From the NCBI GenBank assembly GCA_964016885.1, contig OZ024741.1, positions 150,908,001 to 150,972,000 of the forward strand: DNA of 64,000 nt. Reading direction: 5' to 3'. Both the position numbers and the translations under genes were made by a program. Shown here piece after piece: positions 14,260-25,069 of the stretch; position 1 is the first letter of the stretch, and each line of letters starts with the position of its first letter. A model generated the notes under the pieces. It had not been told where the DNA came from. It saw only the letters and a list, made by a program, of their open reading frames with translations, and searched no databases. Origin of the DNA: Eledone cirrhosa (taxonomy: Eukaryota).

Positions 14260-15667
14260 AAAAATAATCCGCCCAAGGCAAATTATATATATAGAAATAG
14301 CGTATAATCAAAACATTAACATCATTATTTAAGCTAATAGACACACACTTCCCTAAACTGCACAAATACCATAGAATCTTTAATAAAAAAAACTATAAAA
14401 CTATCTTACTCTACTGCAGCCAACATAGAATCACACATACGTAAAATCAACCACAAAAATATTTCTAGAGAAAATAACCTACCAACACACACCATAGCAC
14501 CAAATACAAAACACAAACACATAACAGCATCGCAACCACAAACACACCAGGGCGCATCACAACAAAACACTAATAGGCCTAAATCTCAACCCACCCACAA
14601 CAACATACAAAACCGCATCGGAGAACCTGCACACAGAAAAGCCTCCAACTGTAATTGCCACCTACCGGATAAGTGCCCACTGCAAAATAGATGCCTAGAT
14701 TCGAGTATGGTGTACCTGTGTACTGTAAATTCAGGCAACTCTACTTGGCACTACATAGGTTCCACGGCTGGGGAGTTCAAGAAAAGGTGGTACGTCCACA
14801 GACACTCCACGAAGAACCGTAGACTGGAGAACTCTACGACGCTCGCCAATAAAATCTGGCAGCTTAAAAACACAAACCAGGAATATAGGATTAGCTGGTC
14901 AAAATCAAAAGCCTACAACAATGGGATGTCCCACTGCGGACTTTGTAATATGGAGCTATTCCATATTTTAAGGTACGATAAGATGCTGCTTAACAGCAAA
15001 ATAGAAAGATCAATCTTCTGTAGGCATAAAATAGTTACCAAGTTCACAAATTTCAAACCACCGTGATTCGAGTCAGCAATCCCAAAATTAGAAATGAACC
15101 ACATGGATTTTAACGTATGGAATACACACCACCACACCGCTATTAGCTGTAAAACGGCCAACTGGTCACTAGATCATAAATCTCTTAACATCTCTTTCAT
15201 CCTCTCTCCCTAAAACACCATCAACCCCACTAAAACAAGACAATCAGCAAAACATTTACCACACACATTTGTCAAACCTCCCTTCACCATCCACCTAGTA
15301 TCTCACAATTAATCTCAATTTATTGCTTTTTTTTTATCTGTCACTACACCAGACTCTCTACACGTATCTATGTATGTTTCGAATACGACTTTTCATCTTA
15401 GCACTAAACCCACCGTAGAATCCTTATACGAACACTTACTCACTACCACAACTATCATAGTCTGTACTTACATGCTCTCATTTATCCTTATTTCTTTATA
15501 ATTTATCCATTTTCTTACTTTTTTACTGTATTTTTTCTTATCTTTTACTTTTTACTTTTTACATCTGTAACTTCTCTACCTATTTATCATATATATTTTA
15601 TTATTGATGTTATTGTTTTGATTATACCTTATTTCTATATATAACTTGCCTTGAGCGAATTATTTTT

Positions 15668-15778
15668 GTATACTGATGAGTTGGTCAAAGGTAAACAATG
15701 TAATGGAAATCGAGTGACGCAAATTCGAACGATTAGCGACCTGTAGACTCACCTGATCAATGAAACAATTGTCAATAC
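15668..15778 (+). ncRNA. Type I hammerhead ribozyme motif with 82-nt stem II region
   Basis: CUGAUGA 15673, UUGGUCA/UGAUCAA stem II base, GAAA 15762, palindromic ACAAUUGU, GUC triplet. Confidence 0.75.
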
Positions 15779-15993
15779 CTAAAAGAAAGCCCCTTGTTGT
15801 ACAGCCAACCATGTTACTCTTCATTATTTCACTATTATTACTCCAAGTATAACCTACATAGGAATTACCGCGAACTCGCTGCCTAACTGTTGAAACATCT
15901 TGTTGAGTTAAACAAAGCTGTACGTTAAAACTATCCATGACGTAGAGTACTCACAACCTCTAACTGGATTACCAATAACGATAATTTGTTACC

Positions 15994-16052
<59 letters not shown>

Positions 16053-16955
16053 AAAGTTTTATTTAAAATTGTTGGGTTACAACGAGTAAATATTTTATAA
16101 CTGATATAAAGCACTCAACAAGTTTTGGAGTAGATATACGATATTAAACAAATGGAAACTATATTTATAAAACCATATTTATTTCAGGGATACCATATTA
16201 AAAATACCATATTAAAAATATTAAAAATATGGCATGCCTTCTTCAGATAAAATACAATATATAAGCAGTTTTATAAATAAATTTGACGTACCATAGAATA
16301 TTGATCAACTTCCATTTAAAAAAGTTGGTTTGGTAGTGAGATGTTTGTAAATATTTAGTGTTAAGTACAGTTAGAAAAGAAAGACGGAGAGAAGGAGTAA
16401 ATGTATGTAAAGAAAAACAGAGAGAGATAGAGAGAGATATGGAGAGAGAAATAGTGAGGAGGTGAAAAATGAGAGGCAGCTGAGGTAACAGATGAATAAT
16501 AATAATTCAACATGCAAAGTGAGAGATTTAGGGGGGAGGGAGTACTGTAATTATTTATTTATTTATTTATTTAGTTATAGTGTTAAGGAGACGGAGAAAA
16601 ATAAAAAAATAAAAAAATAAAAAAATAAAAAAATAAAAAATAACTAAAGAGAAAACAGCGATACATAGATTACATCATATATAGAGGGAGGAGAAGAAAG
16701 CTATATCTAGATAGAAAGATGACAGATTTACAACTTTACGTTATGTTCTATCAATTTGAATTATCAATTTATATGAATTGGGTATTATACTGTAGATATC
16801 AATATTCATGAATGAGACATAGATATATAATGTGTGAAAAATAATGACCATATGTTTAGTCTAAAAATGCTTAGGTCGATATATCGAAAACCTGAAGTTG
16901 ATCAATATTCTATGGTACGTCAAATTTATTTATAAAACTGCTTATATATTGTATT

Positions 16956-17013
16956 TTATCTGAAGAAGGCATGCCATATTTTTTATATGGTATCCCTGAA
17001 ATATGTATAATGA
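16956..17013 (+). ncRNA. Type I hammerhead motif in PLE pLTR (copies at 20780-20860 and, damaged, on the minus strand near 16180-16250)
   Basis: UUAU-CUGAAGA-AGG.AUGCCAUA..UAUGGUAU.CCU-GAAA-UAUGUA-UA-AUGA. Confidence 0.75.
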
Positions 17014-17198
17014 AATAAATATGGTTTTATAAATATAGTTTCCATTTGTTTAATATCGTATATCTACTCCAAAACTTGTTGAGTGCTTTATCTCAGTTAT
17101 AAAATATTTACTCGTTGTAACCCAACAATTTTAAATAAAACTTTTGCATATATTTTGCTCCAATACTGTTGAGCGCTTTATATCATAACTGAAAAAAA

Positions 17199-19413
17199 AT
17201 GGAATTCTTTAAGATATCTTCTTCTCTGAAAGACATACCTCTACCTAAGAACAAAGACTTTATTAAACAATTAATAGAAAAATCAGACTCTTTTATAAGA
17301 AGAATCAGGTGGCGTGCCTTCCACTTTGATAAATCTAATCTAAATGAAAATGTCTCAGACTTAGATAAAGTTTTCAAATCTAAAAAAAATCCCCCCCCCC
17401 CCACAACAAACTTTTAATGGATTTTGAAAACGATATAATTTCTATCATGCAAGGAGTCAAATTCAAGAGAAACTTCGAAGGCCAGGAATATCTAAAAAGC
17501 ATTAAGGATAATATTGAAAACTTAGAGAGAACAGAGAAGATCTTGGTGAAATCGGACAAAACCAACAACCTCTATGGAGTGCAAAAAGACATGTATAATG
17601 GCCTTATACTGAAAGAACTAAGGAAAAAGTACAAAGTAGCAGATAAGGACGAACTGGAGAAAATGAATGTTGAGGCATGAGTTGGAAATTGAGAACAAAA
17701 CACAACCCTTCTTGCCTAGGAAACCCAAGATCAATATGAAAGATCACAAAAGAAATTTTGAAAATGATTTACCAGTCAGATTGATTGCACCATCAAAATC
17801 TGACCTGGGTAAACTTAGCAAAAACATTCTAGACAGGGTGATACAGCAGGTTAAAAACTTACATGGTTTACCTAACTTAAACTTGTGGAAGGGAACTGGT
17901 GAGGTTATTGAGTGGTTTAAAGAAATTAAATATAACAAGAATAATAAATTTATTCAACTAGATATTGCTAACTACTATTCATCTATTACCCCTAATCTAC
18001 TAAATAAGGCACTAAATTACGCATTCAAACATACAGACCTAACTAGCAATGAAATGCACATTATATTATCGGCAAGGAAAACATTGATAGAATTTAATAA
18101 CCAACTATGGACTAGGGCAGATAGAGATAATAATTTCGACATTACTATGGGATCATCTGACTCAGCTCAGGTAACGGACCTTGTGGGCCTATTTATAATT
18201 AATTCGCTACATAGAAAAATACCTGGTGTAACCGGAGGATTATATCGTGATGACATGCTTTTACTTATTGAAAATAATAACTCTGAACTAAATAGGAAAA
18301 GAAAACAAATTATACAATTTTTTAATTACCTTAATCTAAATATAGAAATAGAGAATAACCATAGAATAGTCAATTTCCTAGATGTAACACTAAATCTCAA
18401 CACATGTCTTCACTATCCTTTTCACAAACTAAATGAAAACTTGAATTATGTCAGTTTTAACTCTAATCACCCCATATCTGTTAAAAATACTATAGTGAAC
18501 TCTGTTCAAGAACGTATCTCAAGAATTTCATCTAATAAAAATATTTTCGACGAAAAAGCGCAGTATTACAATGAAGCGTTAGCTAGAGCAGGATATAGTG
18601 ATAAAATTATGTACATCGATAATAATAGGCAAACTAACCAATATAACAACAATTTTAATTACGGTAACAACTTTAACAACTATAATAGAAAACATTACAA
18701 TAATTCCAAAAGCCAGAAAAGAAATAGAACTAGAAATATAATATGGTTTGCACCCCCTTTCTCACTAAATATTAAAACCCACATTGCTAAACTATTTTTT
18801 AATGCTCTTGACAAACGCTTCCCTAGAACACATAAATATCACTCAATTTTTAATAGACATACTATAAAATTAACTTACTCGTCCACCAAAAACTTAGCAC
18901 AAAATATTAACAGAATAAATAATAGGAATCTAAAACCTAGCCAAAATACCGATAATAGCCTAAACAATATTCAACTAAACAACTGTAACTGTAGAAATAA
19001 ATCTAAATGTCCGTTAAATAACAATTGCTTAGTTAAAAATATAATATACAATTGTAATGTTAAAACTGACTTAAATTCTTTTAACTATGTTGGTTCCACC
19101 TCGACAGAATTTAAACTTCGCTATAATAATCATAAGAATTCTTTCACAGATCCAGGCAAAAAATCTTCAACTTCACTATCAGGCTTACTCTGGCAACTTA
19201 AACATGATAACGTTGGATATTCGTTGTTTTTGGAATATAGTCTCAAGAGGGATTCCTTTTAATTCCTCATCTGAGACATGTGACCTCTGCGTGGAGGAGA
19301 TATTCTTTATATTAAAATCTAAAAATTCCCTTAATCTAAGGAGCAATTTATTCAGTTGCTGCAGAAATAGATTGAACTCAACATTTAAATATAAATATAA
19401 ATTTAAAATGTAG
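17199..19413 (+). pseudogene. PLE reverse transcriptase-GIY-YIG polyprotein with three frameshifts
   Basis: SLKDIPLP..FIRRIRWRAFH N-terminus, KDHK..VRLIAP, LDIANYYSSI, ITMGSSDSAQV, GGLYRDD, NFLDVTL, CNCRNKSKCPL, IIY..YVGST..FKLRYNNH and CDLC. Confidence 0.92.
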
Positions 19414-20905
19414 TATATTTAGTTAAGATATTTATTTAATTAATTATGAAACTTGACGATAAATCTTTCGATTCCTTCAACTTTTTCTTTTTTAAACCTT
19501 CTTCATAAATATATACTAATGATGTAATTAAACTACCCTTAAATGTTGATGCTCCCAATCTATTGAATAAATTTTACGCTAGATAAACTTCTATACTAAA
19601 TATAAGAGCATCTGTAGAACAACAGGGTCTCCTAAATCTTTTAAATGATTTCTGCTAAATAAGTCTTGTTGAATAATTTTGGTTTTTTGTTTGCTTTTGA
19701 TTCTGATTGCTTCTAATGAACTTGGCAATATATTGTCAGATAAATTGGAAGGGTTGATTTCTGTGGTTGATATGGGGGGCATACTGTGTTTTTTAAAGCC
19801 CTAGACACTCTAGGGAGTGATGAAAGTATTCTTAGCGTTTTGATATATTGATGTCTGTTGTATATTCTATACATGAACGATAATCATGTATGGTAGGGCA
19901 GGAATATTAATATTAATATATATTTTATATTTTTATGTATGTGTATGTATGTATATATATATATATAGTAAAATCTTTTATAACGCAAAGGAAAAAATTT
20001 TTTCATGTGAAATGAGAAATTACAGAGCTGATCACGTATGCTCACGTGTATATCTATAGTGTGAACTAGAACTTTTAGATGACCTTCTCTTTTTCTCTTT
20101 CTTTCTTTTTCCGGAAAGTACATATATACTTATGTATTTTGAAGTTTTATCTCAGGTTTTCGATATATCGACCTAAGAATTTTTAGACTAAACATATGGT
20201 CATTATTTTTCACACATTATATATCTATGTCTCATTCATGAATATTGATATCTACAGTATAATACCCAATTCATATAAATTGATAATTCAAATTGATAGA
20301 ACATAACGTAAAGTTGTAAATCTGTCATCTTTCTATCTAGATATAGCTTTCTTCTCCTCCCTCTATACATGATGTAATCTATGTATCGCTGTTTTCTCTT
20401 TAGTTATTTTTTATTTTTTTATTTTTTATTTTTCTCCGTCTCCTTAACACTATAACTAAATAAATAAATAAATAAATAATTACAGTACTCCCTCCCCCCT
20501 AAATCTCTCACTTTGCATGTTGAATTATTATTATTCATCTGTTACCTCAGCTGCCTCTCATTTTTCACCTCCTCACTATTTCTCTCTCCCATATCACTCT
20601 CTATCTCTCTCTGTTTTTCTTTACATATATTTACTCCTTCTCTCCGTCTTTCTTTTCAACTGTACTTAACACTAAATATTTACAAACATCTCACTACCAA
20701 ACCAACTTTTTTAAATGGAAATTGATCAATATTCTATGGTACGTCAAATTTATTTATAAAACTGCTTATATATTGTATTTTATCTGAAGAAGGCATGCCA
20801 TATTTTTAATATTTTTAATATGGTATTTTTAATATGGTATCCCTGAAATATGTATAATGAAATAAATATGGTTTTATAAATATAGTTTCCATTTGTTTAA
20901 TATCG

Positions 20906-20929
<24 letters not shown>

Positions 20930-20936
<7 letters not shown>

Positions 20937-21062
20937 ATACTTTGAGAGGGTCATGTTGCCAATAAGAAATTATTGGCAACATGACCCTCCCAAAGTATAA
21001 CAATATCGGTTTCAACACACGTTTTCAGATAAAGAATCTTGCTAAACAAATTCAGAAACGAA
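20930..21062. mobile_element. Miniature fold-back made only of Neptune-like pLTR termini
   Basis: A ~75 bp palindrome TATTGTTATACTTTG.GAGGGTCATGTTGCCAAT..ATTGGCAACATGACCCTC.CAAAGTATAACAATA plus tail matches the ends of 25062-27667 and 38253. Confidence 0.8.
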
Positions 21063-21076
21063 ATATATATATATAT

Positions 21077-21258
21077 ATAGGAAAAGAGTAAGAAACCCCG
21101 GCGACTGAACTCCGGCCGTTTCGGATCTAGCTGTCGAAACAGCCGGAGCTCAGCCGTCGGGATCCTGACTCTTTTCCTATTACCCACTCTACTACCCTAA
21201 GTATCGAGTACACTGGTGCGTTATGGTCCACTGGCACCTTAACACACTTTCTTTGTTA
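21077..21258 (+). mobile_element. Short (TA)n-inserted fold-back element, family X
   Basis: Palindrome around GTCGAAAC(A/G)GC..CAGCCGTCGGG plus tail TTACCCACTCTACTACCCTAAGTAT. Seven copies or fragments in the window. Confidence 0.85.
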
Positions 21259-21280
21259 TATATATATATATATATATATT

Positions 21281-21408
21281 AAATGAGTGAAGAATATCAC
21301 GGATCGGCTGTACAATTCAATGTATTAACACATGTTTCATTAGTCTGGTGTGTCTAAAAACAGAGTACTCATAACTTGGATTGCCTTAAACTATACCTCG
21401 TTAACTTG
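21281..21408. mobile_element. Short derivative of the 14094/48088 PLE pLTR family
   Basis: GGCTGTACAA..TGTTTCATT (inverted part) joined to AGAGTACTCA..TGGATT (terminal part). Confidence 0.5.
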
Positions 21409-21953
21409 TTCATGGTAGGGTCGTCGGCCACTAAACTGGCAACACCACCAAGCTTGCTTGGTGAGAAAGGTGAATTTGGCCACTCTGCGGGATGAAAAAC
21501 AAAGCCCGTCAAAGGCCAGAGGAACTCAGGAGAGTCAACGGCCATCCAATAAAGTTATTTCTTAAAAAAAAAATGTTTGTGTGGGGCGAGGGACTCCTAA
21601 TCTTCATTAAGGCATCTCTCTAGGAGAAGGCCACTCTGATACAAAATCTGCGACTTCGTTTGCATGCAATGATGTAGACAAGTTCATATTTTGGGGGAAA
21701 ATGCATTCGATGTTCATATTTGCTCCATGCAAAGCCTTTCCTCCCTTAAAAAAGCTTCAAGCACAGGCATCGCTTGAAATGTGACATTTTTTGCGATGCA
21801 TAGTATTGCTGACCACAGGCAAGTCCCTAGCAGGACTAAAAAGCCACCTCCCTGATGCTCATGCTTAAGTATCAAGCGATGGTATTATTGGAAATCGAGC
21901 TGCAGCCATCATATATAAATACATATATAAATACACACATACACACACATATA

Positions 21954-22082
<129 letters not shown>

Positions 22083-22897
22083 TTGCGTTAATGCTTCCAT
22101 TTGCCCTATTCTCTGCGGCTGTGGTCGTCTGCGCAAGCAATACATTTAGGTATTACTGTATCCTAACTACTTTATAACAAGCACAAAGTCACGTTTGCAT
22201 TCGCTTTATAGTTTCGGTCACAAGGATTGAAGTAATCCGTTTTTCCAAACAAGAAGATTCCGTACTGAGTTCAGCTGTTCTTTAAGGGGATTCTGCTCCG
22301 CCAATCCGACGTATATGGCGATGGCTGGGGAGAAAGATATGAAAGCATTTACATGTAATATTTTGTTTTTTATTTTTTATATGCTGGCCATAATATGGAA
22401 CTTGTTGTTGGCTGACCGCCCTCCCCACCCCATATACATATATACATGTATGTATATGTATGTAAGTATATATATTGAGAGAGAGAAAAGGTGAAATTGG
22501 AAATAGCACGGAAAAATGTATTTAAGGGTCGGTTTTTCTTTTTTTTCCTTTCTTTGATTCGTCAAAGTGACATTATTGAAAAATTGAGAGGGGAAATTCT
22601 TTTAAAAAAGAGTTTTATAATGTATTTAAAGTATATAAAGTATAACCGCTAGCGATGTACCAGTAAAATTCATCTTATCAAAAAAATTAATAAGAATTAA
22701 AAAAACTAAAATTCTAAGATTTAAAATTAAGTGTTGGAGTAAGCTTTTTCTTCTTCCTTGTTGAGAAGGAGACTGGAAGAAATGAACTCTTGCGTAGAGC
22801 AAAGTTGCACACGAACAAACGAAGGACATGGGACATCTGGGCAATGCAAGTTCATGCATATTTATTTTTTTATCTAATTTAAACGTTTGTATAAAAT

Positions 22898-23084
22898 CAA
22901 TTGTTTCTACTATTGGCACAAGGCCAGCAATTATCCCAGTACATTACTGGTACTTTATTTTATCAACCCCGTAAGGATGAAAGGCAAAGTTAACCTCGAC
23001 GGGATTTGAACTCAGACCGTAAAGGGACGTAATTATGCTGGAACACATGGCGTCCGACCCTTTACCGATACTGCCAATTCACCG
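22898..23084 (-). mobile_element. SINE S1 with 16-bp target-site duplication
   Basis: AACGTTTGTATAAAAT at 22882-22897 and 23085-23100. Confidence 0.9.
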
Positions 23085-23402
23085 AACGTTTGTATAAAAT
23101 TAATAAGCCATGACAAACTAGGGGCGGTGTCTAATACCCCTTACAGTTAAGAAGCAAAAATAATACCAAGGTATATAAAAAAGAGAAGACAAACGGTGGC
23201 ATAAAAAGAAAAGAATGTGAAATGAGAAAAGCTGTTGAGCAGTTAAACGTTTCTGCAGTGAAATTTGAAATGTGGTCATCCAATATTTTATGTCTTTAGG
23301 CTATTTTACCCGATTATATCTACTATAATTTATAGTTGTCGGATGTTCATATATATATATATATACGCAGGCACGCACACACATATTCATACATACATAC
23401 AA

Positions 23403-23446
<44 letters not shown>

Positions 23447-23492
23447 GCGTATATATGTGTATATATATAAATATATATATATATTCATATAG

Positions 23493-23528
<36 letters not shown>

Positions 23529-23530
<2 letters not shown>

Positions 23531-23681
23531 CATTTTATACAGAAATGGGTTCTACGGGACTAGAACTGTTTCATTCGTAAGATATCATCAGTTCTAGTCC
23601 TGTAGAAGCCATTTCTATATTAAATTTTGTATATACTCTACCAATGTATTTCACTTACTATGGCTACCCCTGATCGAACCC

Positions 23682-23688
<7 letters not shown>
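23529..23688. mobile_element. Short fold-back hammerhead element (family of 32455-32642)
   Basis: TTCTAC.GGACTAGAACTG..CAGTTCTAGTCCTGTAGAA palindrome with minus-strand CUGAUGA..GAAA. (TA)n flanks. Confidence 0.8.
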
Positions 23689-23711
<23 letters not shown>

Positions 23712-23717
<6 letters not shown>

Positions 23718-23902
23718 AAGTATGACCCCAACGGCAGAGCTCAAGCCGTTTCGACGGCTATTTCTGTCCAGAAATAACCGTCGAAACGGCTTGAACTCTG
23801 CCGTCGGGGTCATACTTTCTCCTATTACCCACTCTACTACCCTAAGTATTGAGTACTCTGGTGCGTTATGGTCCATCTGGTTCCTTACCACAGCTCCTTC
23901 AT
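23712..23902 (+). mobile_element. Family X fold-back element
   Basis: ~110-bp near-perfect palindrome plus the family X tail. (TA)n flanks. Confidence 0.85.
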
Positions 23903-24570
23903 TATATATAAATATACAACTTCTGATTTTAGCCTAAGAAAATATCTATGTGCGTGTGTAATTTATACACGCATATATTTATTTTTTTAATTTCAATTGA
24001 GTTCTTAACACGTTGGATTGATAATGTTTTCGAAAAAACTAATTAACCCGCGTGTATATTATTTTTTTTCCTCCTTTCGTGGATCGTAGTTGTCTCCCCT
24101 TCCCGCTTGGTGACGCTATAATACTTCCTCAGTCAAAAACTGTTGGAATTTCAAATTTAGCGGTCATTCGATGCGAGAGGGAGCAACTTAACAGACACGA
24201 TTTTTAACTGCGGTAAGAATTTTTTTCTTATATCAAAGTTTAATGGGCTTCCACTGATGATTTATAAGCGCCCACCTAAATATATTCTTACATGAATGTA
24301 TATTAGGCTTCTACATAAACTGGAAATATTCTCCCAATTTGTAGAAAACTTATAATGAAACAATTGTTTGGAAAGAGAGATATATTTTAACTTTAATTAT
24401 ATCTCATAAAATAATACAACTGGCTTTTCCACATAATACATATTGTTAGCACCCCAAACACTTAAATTGGGATTATATTAAAATATAACCTAATGTTTGT
24501 TGAGTGAGATGGTTACCAGTCAGAGTTTAAACTATCTGTTATTATATTATATATATATATATATACATAT

Positions 24571-24783
24571 CAGGACAGAAGATTGACACGGTTTGCTATA
24601 CAAAAAAGATTTTTAATCTCATTGCTATGTTTACAACATAGGAATTACAGCGTACTCGCAGCATCACTATGAAAACGCCTTGTTGAGTCAAACTTAGCCA
24701 AGCGTTAATATCATCCACTACCCGGAATACCATAATTGGACTACACCTAAGTGGACTGCATATAACTATTATTTGTTACCCCG
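24571..24783 (+). mobile_element. Solo terminal pLTR fragment of the 14094 PLE family
   Basis: ACATAGGAATTAC.GCG.ACTCGC, TTGTTGAGTCAAAC and the ATTTGTTACCCC(TA)n end match 15855-15996. Confidence 0.75.
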
Positions 24784-24831
24784 TATATATATATACCTCG
24801 TATATATATATACCCCGTATATATATATACA

Positions 24832-24982
24832 CACCTTTTGAACTCTGTTCCCACACACTTCTCACCTGAGGAAGGGCTTATGCCTGAACCGTCGTCCCCC
24901 ACCTACCCCCCACTCTCCTGAGCGTGAATTTAATAAACATTTATTGTACTGCCTCTCTGTTCTGTCCCTGTTCAAATTTTTC

Positions 24983-24986
<4 letters not shown>
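24832..24986 (+). mobile_element. Short element with degenerate minimal hammerhead
   Basis: CUGAGGA-A-GGGC-UUAU-GCCU-GAAC. Resembles the 38019 family and ends in (TA)n. Confidence 0.5.

Positions 24987-25061
<75 letters not shown>

Positions 25062-25069
<8 letters not shown>

Larger units (their letters stand above)
14094..15996 (+). mobile_element. Hydra-like PLE 3' fragment (GIY-YIG) with inverted 5' pseudo-LTR copy, in (TA)n
   Basis: NCNCHLPDKCPL, then ORF 14707-15066 (VYLCTV..YIGSTAGEFKKRWYVH..CGLC). 14094-14298 is the reverse complement of about 15633-15833. (TA)n lies on both sides. Confidence 0.9.
16049..20907 (+). mobile_element. Near full-length Hydra-like PLE with partial direct 5' pLTR, 3' pLTR and long inverted 5' pLTR copy, in (TA)n
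   Basis: 16049-16894 is largely the reverse complement of 20152-20907 plus the pLTR extension. 16897-17063 directly repeats 20722-20910. ORF 17199-19413. (TA)n flanks. Confidence 0.93.

Noticed and set aside
17660-17690. TGA ending ORF 17417-17680 as a possible selenocysteine codon (known in Naiad PLEs)
   Set aside because: The downstream ORF is in a different frame, homologous residues appear deleted, and no convincing SECIS was seen.
21410-21860. GC-richer segment possibly a LINE 5' UTR with an HDV-like ribozyme
   Set aside because: Only one hairpin (CACCAAG/CTTGGTG) is evident. I could not assemble the nested double pseudoknot and no ORF follows.
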